Below, piece by piece: positions 29,042 through 38,668 of a stretch of DNA of 64,000 bases. The stretch comes from Candidatus Microgenomates bacterium. Lineage in GTDB: Bacteria; Patescibacteriota; Microgenomatia; Levybacterales; UBA12049. The DNA lies in the NCBI GenBank assembly GCA_025451755.1, contig JANWJT010000017.1, positions 16,147 through 80,146 of the forward strand, read 5' to 3'. A model generated the notes under the pieces. The model was not told where the DNA came from, ran no database searches, and was given only the letters and a program-made list of their open reading frames with translations. Both the position numbers and the translations under genes were made by a program. How positions within the stretch are numbered: the stretch's first letter is position 1; each line of letters starts with the position of its first letter.

Positions 29042-29425
29042 ATGAATGAGATTAGCGAAGTGCCTGGTAAAATTCCTCCAAAGAAAATTTCATTTAATGA
29101 AACAGAGCGTTTTGATAGAGAGGGTTTTTCAGGAAATCATTATGTTAAACCAGAAGATGGTCTTGGATACAGTGCGCTTGCAGTAGATGTTCATGGCGCT
29201 CATCCTCTAAAACAAATGGTTGGAGCAACAAGGACTTATTACGTAAGAGAAGGCACTGGAACGTTTACTCTTGATGGTGTTGTTCAAGATGTAAGAGAGG
29301 GAGATCTTATGGTCATTCCAGATGGAGGGAGATATGAATATCAAGGCAATATGAAATTATTCGAATTTAATGTTCCAGGAACTACTTCTGCAAACGCAAT
29401 TACCCCAGAACAACCTCAAGAATAG
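29042..29425 (+). CDS. Cupin domain protein
   Basis: YYVREGTGTF..V.EGDLMVIP. Confidence 0.8.
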   Translation: MNEISEVPGKIPPKKISFNETERFDREGFSGNHYVKPEDGLGYSALAVDVHGAHPLKQMVGATRTYYVREGTGTFTLDGVVQDVREGDLMVIPDGGRYEYQGNMKLFEFNVPGTTSANAITPEQPQE

Positions 29426-29444
29426 TTTTTGATATAATTGCCTC

Positions 29445-29492
29445 ATGAACTGTGATTTAGAAAAAAGAATCAAGGAAATTGCGGAGAATTAA
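29445..29492 (+). pseudogene. 15-codon ORF remnant behind a full promoter/start junction
   Basis: MNCDLEKRIKEIAEN after TTTGATATAATTGCCTC. Confidence 0.4.
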
Positions 29493-29495
29493 CTT

Positions 29496-29864
29496 ATGCG
29501 TAGCGACTTTAGGACTATAGATGAGTATATTGGTACTTTCCCAAAAGATGTTCAGGTAATTTTAGAAAAAATAAGATCCACCATTAGAAAATTAGCGCCG
29601 AAAGCTACAGAAGCAATTAACTACCAGATTCCCACATTCAAACTAAATGGAAAATACTTAATATATTTTGCAGGATTTAAAAAACACGTCAGTCTTTATC
29701 CAGCGCCTCGGGACGCTGCCGAATTTAAAAATGAGATGTCAAAATATAAAGGGGGCAAGGGGACGGTGCAGTTTCCGATTGACAAACCACTTCCTCTAAC
29801 GTTAATCACTAAAATTGTGAAATATAAAATTAAAGAAAACGAGATAAAACAGAAAAATAATTAG
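29496..29864 (+). CDS. DUF1801 (YdhG-like) protein
   Basis: TIDEYI, EAINYQIPTF, FAGFKKH, GKGTVQFP. Confidence 0.88.
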   Translation: MRSDFRTIDEYIGTFPKDVQVILEKIRSTIRKLAPKATEAINYQIPTFKLNGKYLIYFAGFKKHVSLYPAPRDAAEFKNEMSKYKGGKGTVQFPIDKPLPLTLITKIVKYKIKENEIKQKNN

Positions 29865-30442
29865 AAAATAAATAACTTTTTAATCTCTCCAATATATTCT
29901 TCCGGAATCTGAGGATATATTTTAAGCTTGGGTAATTCTTTTCCAAAGATTATTCTTTCTTTCTTTGTTTTCTTTGCCCATTTCTCGCTAAGCTTTCTCC
30001 ATTTTTCATATATGTCTTTTGACAAATGCATTGTTCCACTGCATTTTAAATTTCCACATTTACAAATATGCAAACATGGATTACAAAAGTCGTCCTTAGG
30101 AGAAAGTAAATATGGAATTGTTATTTCTTCTCCCTTTGAAATTTTCTTAAGTGCAAAAGCCAACGTATGACCTTTATATGTATAAAGAAAGGAGCTGGGC
30201 TTGCAAGAATGATTTAAAAGATGAACTCCTGGTTTTTTTAAGTCTGGAGAAATAACTGCATAATCATTATAATACATAAGATAAAAATTTTCTTCATCTA
30301 TTATTGCGTCTTGAGGATGGATAACTTTACCAATATAATCTCCAATAACGACACCTTTTAAAATATCTTTTTTTGCAAACACACCCCGCCCTTTATTTTT
30401 AGTATTTTTTATTTCCCAATATTTGTCTGAAAGTAAAAACAT
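29861..30442 (-). CDS. SET domain protein-lysine methyltransferase-like, with post-SET Cys motif
   Basis: KGRGVFA, LNHSCKP, GEEITIPY, CKCGNLKC; likely start ATG 30442. Confidence 0.85.
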   Translation of the reverse strand: MFLLSDKYWEIKNTKNKGRGVFAKKDILKGVVIGDYIGKVIHPQDAIIDEENFYLMYYNDYAVISPDLKKPGVHLLNHSCKPSSFLYTYKGHTLAFALKKISKGEEITIPYLLSPKDDFCNPCLHICKCGNLKCSGTMHLSKDIYEKWRKLSEKWAKKTKKERIIFGKELPKLKIYPQIPEEYIGEIKKLFIF

Positions 30443-30523
30443 AAAGACAACTTTACCACTTTTATTACTTGATTCATACAACACTAATTATCTTGAAGCT
30501 AATAGATCTGTTATAATTACTTT

Positions 30524-31462
30524 ATGAAAGCAGTGCAAATAAATAATTACGGCGGAACAGAGGTTATAGAAATTAACGAAAACGCTCCAAGGCCAACTCT
30601 TGGGAAAGATCAAATACTTGTTGAAGTTTATGCGGCAAGCATAAATCCAGTTGATTTTGGTGTAATAGCTGGACGTATGAAAGATATGATTCCACTAAAA
30701 TTTCCTATTACTATCGGGGGTAATTTCTCTGGCGTATTAGTTGAGGCTGGCAAAGATACAACTGGGTTCAAGGTTGGTGATGAAGTCTATGGACAAGCTT
30801 TGGTAACCAATGGCGGTTCTGGTTCAATGGCCGAGCTCGCTGCTTCAAATATTGGTAACAGCGCTCTAAAACCCAAAAAAACAAATCACGAAGAGGCCGC
30901 TTCTTTACCTTTGGTCGGAGTTAGTGCTATTCAAGCTTTAGAGCAACACATCAAGCTCCAAAAAGATCAAAAAATTTTGATTCACGGTGGTGCTGGTGGT
31001 ATTGGCAGTTTAGCGATTCAACTGGCCAAGCATATTGGAGCTTATGTTGCGACTACAGTCGGTAGTGACTCAGTTGAATTTGCTAATAATTTAGGGGCGG
31101 ATAAAATAATCGATTATACAAAAGAAACATTTGAGGGTGAGCTTTCAGACTATGACGCAGTTTTCAACACAGCTCGCGGTGATAGCGCAGATAAGTCATT
31201 CGAGGTACTTAAAAAAGGTGGAGTATTAGTTTCTATGACCGGAGCGCCAAATTCTGATCTTGCCAAGAAGTATGAAGTACAGGCGATCGGACAAATGACT
31301 AATACCAACACTGAAAATTTAAATCGCTTAACCGAATTGGTCGATGGTGATATTCTAAAGCCCCAGATTGATAAGATCTTTCCATTGTCTCAAGCAAAAG
31401 AAGGATTTGAATATCAAGAAAATCAAAGCCCCAAAGGAAAAATAGTAATCAAAATTAAATAA
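30524..31462 (+). CDS. NADP-dependent oxidoreductase (MDR/quinone oxidoreductase family)
   Basis: AASINPVD, IHGGAGGIG, GKIVI. Confidence 0.9.
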   Translation: MKAVQINNYGGTEVIEINENAPRPTLGKDQILVEVYAASINPVDFGVIAGRMKDMIPLKFPITIGGNFSGVLVEAGKDTTGFKVGDEVYGQALVTNGGSGSMAELAASNIGNSALKPKKTNHEEAASLPLVGVSAIQALEQHIKLQKDQKILIHGGAGGIGSLAIQLAKHIGAYVATTVGSDSVEFANNLGADKIIDYTKETFEGELSDYDAVFNTARGDSADKSFEVLKKGGVLVSMTGAPNSDLAKKYEVQAIGQMTNTNTENLNRLTELVDGDILKPQIDKIFPLSQAKEGFEYQENQSPKGKIVIKIK

Positions 31463-31467
31463 TAATA

Positions 31468-31926
31468 TTAGGTTTTGTAGGCTACTTTGGAGGTTGGTAG
31501 AATCCCCGAGTCACTTCTTGCCTGAGCCTGAATTACGCGCTGAGAAACTATAATATCTTGTTTTGCCTGCTCGCTAAAAGGAAGTTTTGATACCTGTTTA
31601 AAAGAAAACCATGAGAGAGTTCCGTTATCGGGTAATGATATATTCTTCATTGATTTAACTTTTGCGTAGAACACGTAATGTAATGAGCTAATTGCATTAT
31701 CAAAGTAATCATAAACAGGAAAAATTTGCTTTTCATTAAGCTCCAGACTCAATAACTGATGAATTATACGCTTAAATGATTTTTGAGGATCTTCTTCTCC
31801 GATTCCTGCTCCTCCGGGCATAGTCCAAACAGATGGAGAATTATTATTCAAATTGGGTTGATACAAAAGAATTTGTTGTGTTCTTGAGTGATAGAGGAAT
31901 CCACTTACATAAAAGGGGTTATGCAT
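31468..31926 (-). CDS. Nudix-fold protein with a degenerate Nudix box
   Basis: WTMPGG..GEEDP..SFKR; catalytic glutamates absent. Confidence 0.6.
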   Translation of the reverse strand: MHNPFYVSGFLYHSRTQQILLYQPNLNNNSPSVWTMPGGAGIGEEDPQKSFKRIIHQLLSLELNEKQIFPVYDYFDNAISSLHYVFYAKVKSMKNISLPDNGTLSWFSFKQVSKLPFSEQAKQDIIVSQRVIQAQARSDSGILPTSKVAYKT

Positions 31927-32047
31927 GTTCTTATTATATCACATTTTAAAAATTATTTCATTAAGATATTCGGGTAATTCCGACAGCTTTTCTTTGTTAG
32001 TAAAATTGTATAATTATGTTGCTGTAGTATGGGAGGGAGTGAGAAAT

Positions 32048-32557
32048 ATGAATAAAAATATTATGTGGATTATCGGCGCAATCATTTTAGTTGTTGTTGG
32101 AGGTGGGCTTTTCGTTGCTAATCAGCAATCAAAACAAGCTGAAGATGCAAAAATAGAGCAGGAAAAAGATGCCACGGTACAAAAAGAAGAAGGATTTATG
32201 GAAGACGGCAAAATGATGAGAGACAAAATGAGTGGGCCTCGCTATATTGAATACTCTAAAGCTACTTTAGATCAAGTAACGAGTAATCGCCGAGTTCTTT
32301 TCTTCTTTGCATCCTGGTGCCCAACATGTAAGCCAGCAGATGCTAATTTTAAAGAGAATACAAATAAAATTCCTGAAGATCTGACGGTCATACGGGTAAA
32401 TTATAACGATCCGGAAACAGATCAGGAGGAAAAAGATTTGGCGAAAAAGTATGGAATCACATATCAACATACTTTTGTCCAAATTGATTCACAAGGCAGA
32501 GAAATAACTAAATGGAATGGTGGACAAATAGACGAACTTTTAGCTAATATTAAGTAA
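32048..32557 (+). CDS. Membrane-anchored thioredoxin
   Basis: N-terminal TM segment, FFASWCPTC; likely start ATG 32048 after GGGAGGGAG. Confidence 0.85.
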   Translation: MNKNIMWIIGAIILVVVGGGLFVANQQSKQAEDAKIEQEKDATVQKEEGFMEDGKMMRDKMSGPRYIEYSKATLDQVTSNRRVLFFFASWCPTCKPADANFKENTNKIPEDLTVIRVNYNDPETDQEEKDLAKKYGITYQHTFVQIDSQGREITKWNGGQIDELLANIK

Positions 32558-32565
32558 ATTCTACT

Positions 32566-34293
32566 ATGATTTTACTTATTGCATTTGCATTTCTAGCTGG
32601 AATCATAACTGTACTCTCCCCATGCATTTTGCCAATTCTACCTATAATTCTAACATCTAGTATTGGAGGACAAAACATCGGGAAAGCACGTCCCGTGGGA
32701 GTGGTTATAGGGTTTATTTTAAGCTTTACTTTTTTTACCCTTTTTCTTTCGACAATTGTACGCATAAGTGGGATTTCTGCAGATGCACTGAGGCTTATCT
32801 CAGTATTAGTAATAGCAGGTTTTGGCGTGTCACTTCTTATTCCCCAATTTCAAGTAATTGTTGAAAGGCTTTTTTCTAAACTTGCAGGGCTTATGCCAAG
32901 AAGTCAAAATAAAACTGGCTTCGGCGGAGGACTACTCATTGGTTTTTCCGTAGGGCTTCTTTGGACACCGTGTGTTGGCCCAATTCTTGCATCAGTCATA
33001 TCCCTTGCGATTACAGGTTCGGTTACTTTTGATGCATTTCTTATAACTTTTGCCTATTCATTAGGTACTGCAATTCCAATGTTTTTAATTATGATTGGCG
33101 GACAAAATGCACTTAAACGTGTTCCCTGGCTTCTTACAAATCTTGGGAATATCCAAAAACTATTCGGAGTATTAATGATACTAACAGCTATTGGAATATT
33201 TTTTAATATTGATAGAAAATTTCAGACATTTATTTTAGATAAATTTCCTAAATACGGCGCAGGCCTAACTAAATTTGAAGATAACGAGTTAATTAAAAAT
33301 CAGCTTGATAAAAAAAGCGGACAGGAAATAAAGAAAGAAGATATGGGAAAACCCATGTTTGATCTTATAAGCCCAAAAGGAATAAGAGCTCCCGAGATAA
33401 TTCCTGGCGGAGTATGGATTAATAGTAAGCCATTAAATCTTTCCGAGCTCAGAGGTAAGGTAGCCATAATAGATTTTTGGACGTATTCATGTATTAATTG
33501 TCAGCGAACAATGCCATATTTACGAAGGTGGTACGACACGTATAAAGACAAAGGCTTAGTAATTATTGGCGTGCATTCACCGGAATTTGAATTTGAAAAA
33601 AACGAGAAAAATGTTATGGAGGCAATAAAAGACTTTAAGCTTAGTTATCCGATTGTTCAGGATAACGATTTTGCTACATGGAGAGCTTACAATAACAGTT
33701 ATTGGCCTGCAAAATATTTTATAGATAAGGATGGATATGTTCGCTATGCACATTTTGGTGAAGGAGCATATGATGAAAGCGAAAAAGTAATACAAGAGCT
33801 TTTAAAAGAAACAGGAGCCTTAGATATTTCATCTAAAATAAATAACCCTACTTATCAAATTAATGCAAAAACACCAGAGATATATTTAGGATTCGGTCGA
33901 ATTAACAACTTCGCTTCATCAGAAAGCATTAAGCAAAATACTGTTTCTACCTATACGGCGCCTGCAAATCTAGGAAGCAATCAAGTTGCATATGATAATA
34001 GCTGGAATGTAATGGAGGAATATGCCAATCCCCAAAAAGGCGCAAAATTGTTTTTGAATTTTGAATCAAAAGAAGTATTTTTGGTAATCCGTACAAAAGG
34101 AAATCCAGCAAAAGTAAAAGTCTATATCGACGACAAGCTTCAAGGTTTTGGAGAGGATAATAAAAATGGCATAGTAACCGTAAATACCGATCGATTATAT
34201 AAATTAATTAATCTTCCAACTCCCGGACGTCATATATTACGTTTAGAATTTGAGGATAGTAATGTGGAACTCTACGCTTTCACTTTCGGATGA
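32566..34293 (+). CDS. DipZ-like CcdA-thioredoxin fusion
   Basis: SPCILP and WTPCVGP in the CcdA part; DFWTYSCINC, GVHSPEF; C-terminal beta domain. Confidence 0.92.
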   Translation: MILLIAFAFLAGIITVLSPCILPILPIILTSSIGGQNIGKARPVGVVIGFILSFTFFTLFLSTIVRISGISADALRLISVLVIAGFGVSLLIPQFQVIVERLFSKLAGLMPRSQNKTGFGGGLLIGFSVGLLWTPCVGPILASVISLAITGSVTFDAFLITFAYSLGTAIPMFLIMIGGQNALKRVPWLLTNLGNIQKLFGVLMILTAIGIFFNIDRKFQTFILDKFPKYGAGLTKFEDNELIKNQLDKKSGQEIKKEDMGKPMFDLISPKGIRAPEIIPGGVWINSKPLNLSELRGKVAIIDFWTYSCINCQRTMPYLRRWYDTYKDKGLVIIGVHSPEFEFEKNEKNVMEAIKDFKLSYPIVQDNDFATWRAYNNSYWPAKYFIDKDGYVRYAHFGEGAYDESEKVIQELLKETGALDISSKINNPTYQINAKTPEIYLGFGRINNFASSESIKQNTVSTYTAPANLGSNQVAYDNSWNVMEEYANPQKGAKLFLNFESKEVFLVIRTKGNPAKVKVYIDDKLQGFGEDNKNGIVTVNTDRLYKLINLPTPGRHILRLEFEDSNVELYAFTFG

Positions 34294-34381
34294 TAAAATA
34301 CTGATATTTTTACTAAATACATCTTGTAGAAAAATAAAAAGGATAGTAAAATATTTAAATCTGTTAGTGGCAACAGCCTAG

Positions 34382-35062
34382 TTGAAGAATTTAAATTTTG
34401 ATTGGCTGCTCAATAAATATAAAACAATTAAGTTAAGAGTCGTGCCTAGCTCTTTAATTTTAATTGCGTTCCTTTTGTTTATTTTAATAGTTAGTTTTTC
34501 AAAAAATACTCTGAGTGTTTCTAAAATAAATAAAAAGATTTCGAAAGAAAATAAAATAAGTAAAACATTAAATACGCCAACTACTACTTCTATTCCAACT
34601 CCATCTCTAACTCTGGCGCCGAGCTCTACAGTAACTCCTACTCAAGCGCCGACTAAAATTCCTCTTCCCACTTCCTTTGATGTTCAAGCTGTTCAATCTT
34701 CTGGAAACCAAGATTTATTAAGCGCGGTCAACGCTTTTAGAAGTAAAAATGGATTGGGAGCACTTTCATCAAATAGCACCTTATGTTCTATAGCTCAAAG
34801 CAGGGTTAGCGAAAATGCGACGTTAGGACAGCTAGATAATCATGCAGGTTTTGAAAAATATTTTAAAGGACAGGCAGAGTTTAAGGGGATGGGGGAAAAT
34901 TTGCATTGGGCAACTTATACAGAAACACCAACAGAAATTGTAGAAAACGGTTGGGCTAATTCTCCGGGTCATAAAACAAATATGTTAGATTCTAAATGGC
35001 AGTATGGTTGTGGAGGACAAGCGGGATCATACTATGCTTCTTTTATCTTCGCTACGAAGTAA
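34382..35062 (+). CDS. CAP/SCP domain protein with a Pro/Thr linker
   Basis: VNAFRSKNGL, GENL, WANSPGHKTNML. Confidence 0.85.
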   Translation: MKNLNFDWLLNKYKTIKLRVVPSSLILIAFLLFILIVSFSKNTLSVSKINKKISKENKISKTLNTPTTTSIPTPSLTLAPSSTVTPTQAPTKIPLPTSFDVQAVQSSGNQDLLSAVNAFRSKNGLGALSSNSTLCSIAQSRVSENATLGQLDNHAGFEKYFKGQAEFKGMGENLHWATYTETPTEIVENGWANSPGHKTNMLDSKWQYGCGGQAGSYYASFIFATK

Positions 35063-35072
35063 AATGAGGTAA

Positions 35073-35516
35073 TTATTCTACTGTTAGGGTTCCGGTCATT
35101 CCTTGTTCTTCATGATTCCCAACGCCGCAAATAAATGTAAACTCTCCTGTTTTGTCCGGAGTAAATTCAATCATATCTACTTCCCCAGGATTAATTACTT
35201 TTGTTGCAACATTTAAATCAGCAATTACATAATCGTGTGGGAATTTCCCGGTATTTTTAAAAGTTAACTTAACTTTCTCTCCTTTTTTAACAGTAATTGC
35301 GGAAGGAGCGAATTTAAATTCTCCCGCTTCTATGGTAATTTCTTTTGTGGCCATAGCAGAGGGAACAACTGATTCGGAAATTGGAGCATTCGTAGGCTGA
35401 TTGGTATCGGCTGGAGTAGCTGTAGTAACGGTTTTATTCATATTCATGACATAAAATCCACCAGTTACAACAATTAATATAATTACAATTACGCTTATTG
35501 TTAGCTTACTATTCAT
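35073..35516 (-). CDS. Cupredoxin domain protein
   Basis: PHD and C-x3-H-x3-M copper ligands (CGVGNHEEQGM). Confidence 0.88.
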   Translation of the reverse strand: MNSKLTISVIVIILIVVTGGFYVMNMNKTVTTATPADTNQPTNAPISESVVPSAMATKEITIEAGEFKFAPSAITVKKGEKVKLTFKNTGKFPHDYVIADLNVATKVINPGEVDMIEFTPDKTGEFTFICGVGNHEEQGMTGTLTVE

Positions 35517-35570
35517 ATAATCAATATACACTACGAAATATAAAAGTCAATACAGATTTTAGTATTTTAG

Positions 35571-36113
35571 CTACTTTTTATATTCTTGTTTTGTATCTTC
35601 TTTAAATTTTTTTAATAACTTCTGGATTTTTGGATTTATTACAAACTGACAATATGGATATTCCTGATTCCTGTCATAATAATTCTGGTGATATTCCTCT
35701 GCTTTATAAAAATTAGTAAAAGGAATAATTTCGGTTACGATTTTGTCTTTGTAAGTTGCTGATTTTTCCATTTCTTCTTTCGATTCTAAGGCCTTTTCTT
35801 TTTGTTCATCACTATGATAGAAAATGGCAGATCTATACTGAGATCCAATATCGTTTCCTTGTCTGTTTGGCGTTGTAGGGTTATGAGTTGCCCAAAAGAT
35901 ATCGAGAAGTCTTTCGTAAGGAATAATATTCGGATCAAAAGTTATCTGGATTGCCTCTGCATGCTTAGTTGAACCTGTGGATACGTCTTCGTAATTAGGA
36001 TTTTCTTTTAATCCTCCTGTGTATCCCGATTTCACAGAGGCAACTCCCTTTAAACGTTTGAATATTGCCTCGGTGCACCAAAAGCATCCTCCTGCAAATA
36101 TAGCCATTTCCAT
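35571..36113 (-). CDS. msrA: Peptide-methionine (S)-S-oxide reductase
   Basis: GGCFWC, QYRSAIF, AEEYHQNY. Confidence 0.96.
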   Translation of the reverse strand: MEMAIFAGGCFWCTEAIFKRLKGVASVKSGYTGGLKENPNYEDVSTGSTKHAEAIQITFDPNIIPYERLLDIFWATHNPTTPNRQGNDIGSQYRSAIFYHSDEQKEKALESKEEMEKSATYKDKIVTEIIPFTNFYKAEEYHQNYYDRNQEYPYCQFVINPKIQKLLKKFKEDTKQEYKK

Positions 36114-36114
36114 A

Positions 36115-36309
36115 TTATTTTCTTCCGCTTTGTGGATCTCTAAACATCCCCCGTCTAATAATTATATTTAATTCGCGGTGGGCTTGTCCAGGATGCTTAT
36201 GCTCAGCGAGCCTTTGACTTTTCCAGAAATCTCCCCTTGCCTTATGACCGCCCTTTTCGGAGTAGTGTCTATAGTTATCAGGTTGTCTATCTCTAAATTT
36301 TTCTTGCAT
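36115..36309 (-). CDS. Hypothetical small basic protein directly upstream of msrA
   Basis: 64-aa ORF from ATG 36309 ending 1 nt before the msrA start. Confidence 0.45.
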   Translation of the reverse strand: MQEKFRDRQPDNYRHYSEKGGHKARGDFWKSQRLAEHKHPGQAHRELNIIIRRGMFRDPQSGRK

Positions 36310-36440
36310 TTTTAATTGAATTAAAATAACACAAAGATCACAGGTAGTCAATAAATAGATTGGTAGACATTGATAATCTTGTCTTTTGCATACCATGACT
36401 AAATGGATATTGTTCTGGAATTTTGGTACAATATTTGCTT

Positions 36441-37709
36441 GTGAATAAACTTACAAGACATCCTTTACCTGTAATACTTTTTACAATATTTATTGATCTT
36501 TTAGGGTTTGGAATACTTATTCCTGTTATCCCCTTGCTTCTTGCCGATCCAAGATCTCCATATTATCTTTTGCCCGCAGGTTTTACTGTTTCTCAAGGTT
36601 ATATTCTTCTTGGGTTTTTAACCGCAATATTTCCTTTTATGCAGTTTCTCGCCGCACCGATTCTAGGTCAGCTTTCGGACAAATTTGGGAGAAAACCAAT
36701 TTTAGCAGTTTCACTTATGGGAACGTGCCTTTCATATATATTTTTTGCTATTGGAATAATAACAAAAAATATTCCCATTTTATTCTTAGCTCGTGCTTTT
36801 GACGGAATAACAGGAGGGAATATATCGGTTGCCCAGGCGGCAATTGCAGACGTATCGACTCCAGAAAACAGAGCAAAGAACTTCGGGTTTATCGGTGCAG
36901 TTTTCGGATTAGGTTTTATAATAGGTCCTTATATAGGTGGAAAATTTTCTGATCCTAGTATCGTATCTTGGTTTTCTGCAGCAACTCCTTTTTGGTTTGC
37001 AGCAATTTTAAGCTTTATCAACGTACTTTCTGTAATTTTTATGTTTCCAGAAACTCACAGAATGATTAATAAAAGTACTAAAATACTCTGGAATAAGTCG
37101 ATCCACAATATAGCACGCGCTTATACATACGGAAAGCTACGCGTGGTTTTTATAACTGTTTTTCTTTTCTCTGCAGGTTTCTCATTTTTTGTAACATTCT
37201 TTGCTGTTTTTCTTATAAATAAGTTTGGATTTAATCAGGGAAATATTGGAGATTATTTTGCATTTGTGGGAATTTGGATTGCAATTACTCAAGCCCTTAT
37301 TACAGGATTTGTTGCGAAAAGGCTTAAGTCAGATCAGGTTGTAAAATTTGCAATTATAGGTACTGGAGTAACTATGCTTATGTATTTTTTGCCAACCATT
37401 TGGTGGCATCTTCTTCTTATTGTTCCTTTCTTTGCAGTTTTTAATGGACTTGCACAGGCAAATATTACAGCCCTAGTTTCTAATAGTGTAGATAATTCAA
37501 TTCAGGGAGAAATTTTGGGAATAAATACGAGTATTCAGGCTTTAGCTCAAGCAGTTCCACCAGCGCTTTCCGGCTATATTGCAGCAAGCCTTACCGCGGA
37601 AGCGCCTGTAATAGTAGCGGCAGTTGTAATTATAATTTCTGGTTTTACTTTTCTGTTATTCTATAAACCCATCCGCATCGAATCCGTAACCATCTCCGAA
37701 TCTGCCTAA
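36441..37709 (+). CDS. MFS transporter (TetA-like drug:H+ antiporter)
   Basis: DLLGFGILIP, GQLSDKFGRKP motif A, GFIIGP; GTG start after TGGTACAAT. Confidence 0.9.
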   Translation: MNKLTRHPLPVILFTIFIDLLGFGILIPVIPLLLADPRSPYYLLPAGFTVSQGYILLGFLTAIFPFMQFLAAPILGQLSDKFGRKPILAVSLMGTCLSYIFFAIGIITKNIPILFLARAFDGITGGNISVAQAAIADVSTPENRAKNFGFIGAVFGLGFIIGPYIGGKFSDPSIVSWFSAATPFWFAAILSFINVLSVIFMFPETHRMINKSTKILWNKSIHNIARAYTYGKLRVVFITVFLFSAGFSFFVTFFAVFLINKFGFNQGNIGDYFAFVGIWIAITQALITGFVAKRLKSDQVVKFAIIGTGVTMLMYFLPTIWWHLLLIVPFFAVFNGLAQANITALVSNSVDNSIQGEILGINTSIQALAQAVPPALSGYIAASLTAEAPVIVAAVVIIISGFTFLLFYKPIRIESVTISESA

Positions 37710-37839
37710 GAGCTCTTTAAGATTTGCAAGGATTTAAAAACTGATACAGTTTTAGATTCTTTTAGTTATTGACAAGATATTTTCTTAAGATTAATATTAA
37801 AGTCCATCTCATTGCTAAGAATAGCACTGGTTAAATTAT

Positions 37840-38169
37840 ATGAGTATATTGATTAGTTGGTTGGTATCGGCGCTTGCTATTTTGACCGCTTCTTATCTTT
37901 TACCCGGAGTCCATATTGCAGGATTTTTAACAGCTCTAGCTGTAGCAGTCGTACTTGGAATTATTAATGCAATTCTTAAGCCGATTCTTGTAATTCTTAC
38001 CCTTCCAATAAATTTGTTAACTTTAGGATTATTCACTTTTGTGATAAATGCTCTTTTGGTTATGTTAGTAAGCACAATTGTTCCGGGGTTTAAGGTAGAT
38101 GGATTTTTATGGGCTCTTATCTTTAGTATTTTACTTTCGATTATAAATATGTTCCTTCATAAAATTTAA
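37840..38169 (+). CDS. 4-TMS phage-holin-like (YvlD) membrane protein
   Basis: NAILKPIL..LTLP..LTLGLF.FVINA. Confidence 0.85.
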   Translation: MSILISWLVSALAILTASYLLPGVHIAGFLTALAVAVVLGIINAILKPILVILTLPINLLTLGLFTFVINALLVMLVSTIVPGFKVDGFLWALIFSILLSIINMFLHKI

Positions 38170-38231
38170 TTCCCCCTTGATTATTCTCCCAAGGTATGAC
38201 TAAGATAGGTGTGAGAGGAGGTGATTTATAA

Positions 38232-38441
38232 ATGAAAGCTTTACACATGATAACATTTACACTAGTTATCGTTGGTGCTCTAAATTGGGGCTTAGTTGGT
38301 CTTTTTGGTTTCAATTTAGTTTCTGCAATTCTCGGTGTTGATTCAGCTCTCGAGAGACTTGTCTATATTCTAGTAGGTTTATCAGCAGTATATATTGGAG
38401 CAACTCACATGAGTGATTGTAAGACTTGCTCAAAAAAATAA
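38232..38441 (+). CDS. DUF378 family protein
   Basis: IVGALNWGLVG.F.FNLV; strong SD AGGAGGT. Confidence 0.88.
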   Translation: MKALHMITFTLVIVGALNWGLVGLFGFNLVSAILGVDSALERLVYILVGLSAVYIGATHMSDCKTCSKK

Positions 38442-38668
38442 AACTGATAAAAAGAATTAATTAAGTTCATCAGAATAGTCGTTTAGATTGGAGTAGGTGC
38501 GATGCGCAAAAGCTAAGAGCTTATCTCAATTTTTTATCTTTCTTATAATCTGCTCTCGTTTGTCTAATGTCTTTGTTATACTATAAATGTAGCTAGCAAA
38601 TTTATGTCTCTTAATTCCCCAATATCTAGATTTTTGATTTTACCTATATATAGTCTTTTTATTTAAAA

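Noticed and set aside
9900-38441. Classical integron cassette array or prophage
   Set aside because: No integrase, attC-like GTTRRRY inverted structures or phage structural genes were seen. The holin-like gene belongs to a common chromosomal family.
38442-38668. Possible riboswitch or ncRNA (GCGCAAAAGCTAAGAGC loosely recalls c-di-GMP-I)
   Set aside because: The required P1/P2 pairing and GGCAAAC element were not found; an Rfam/Infernal search would be needed.
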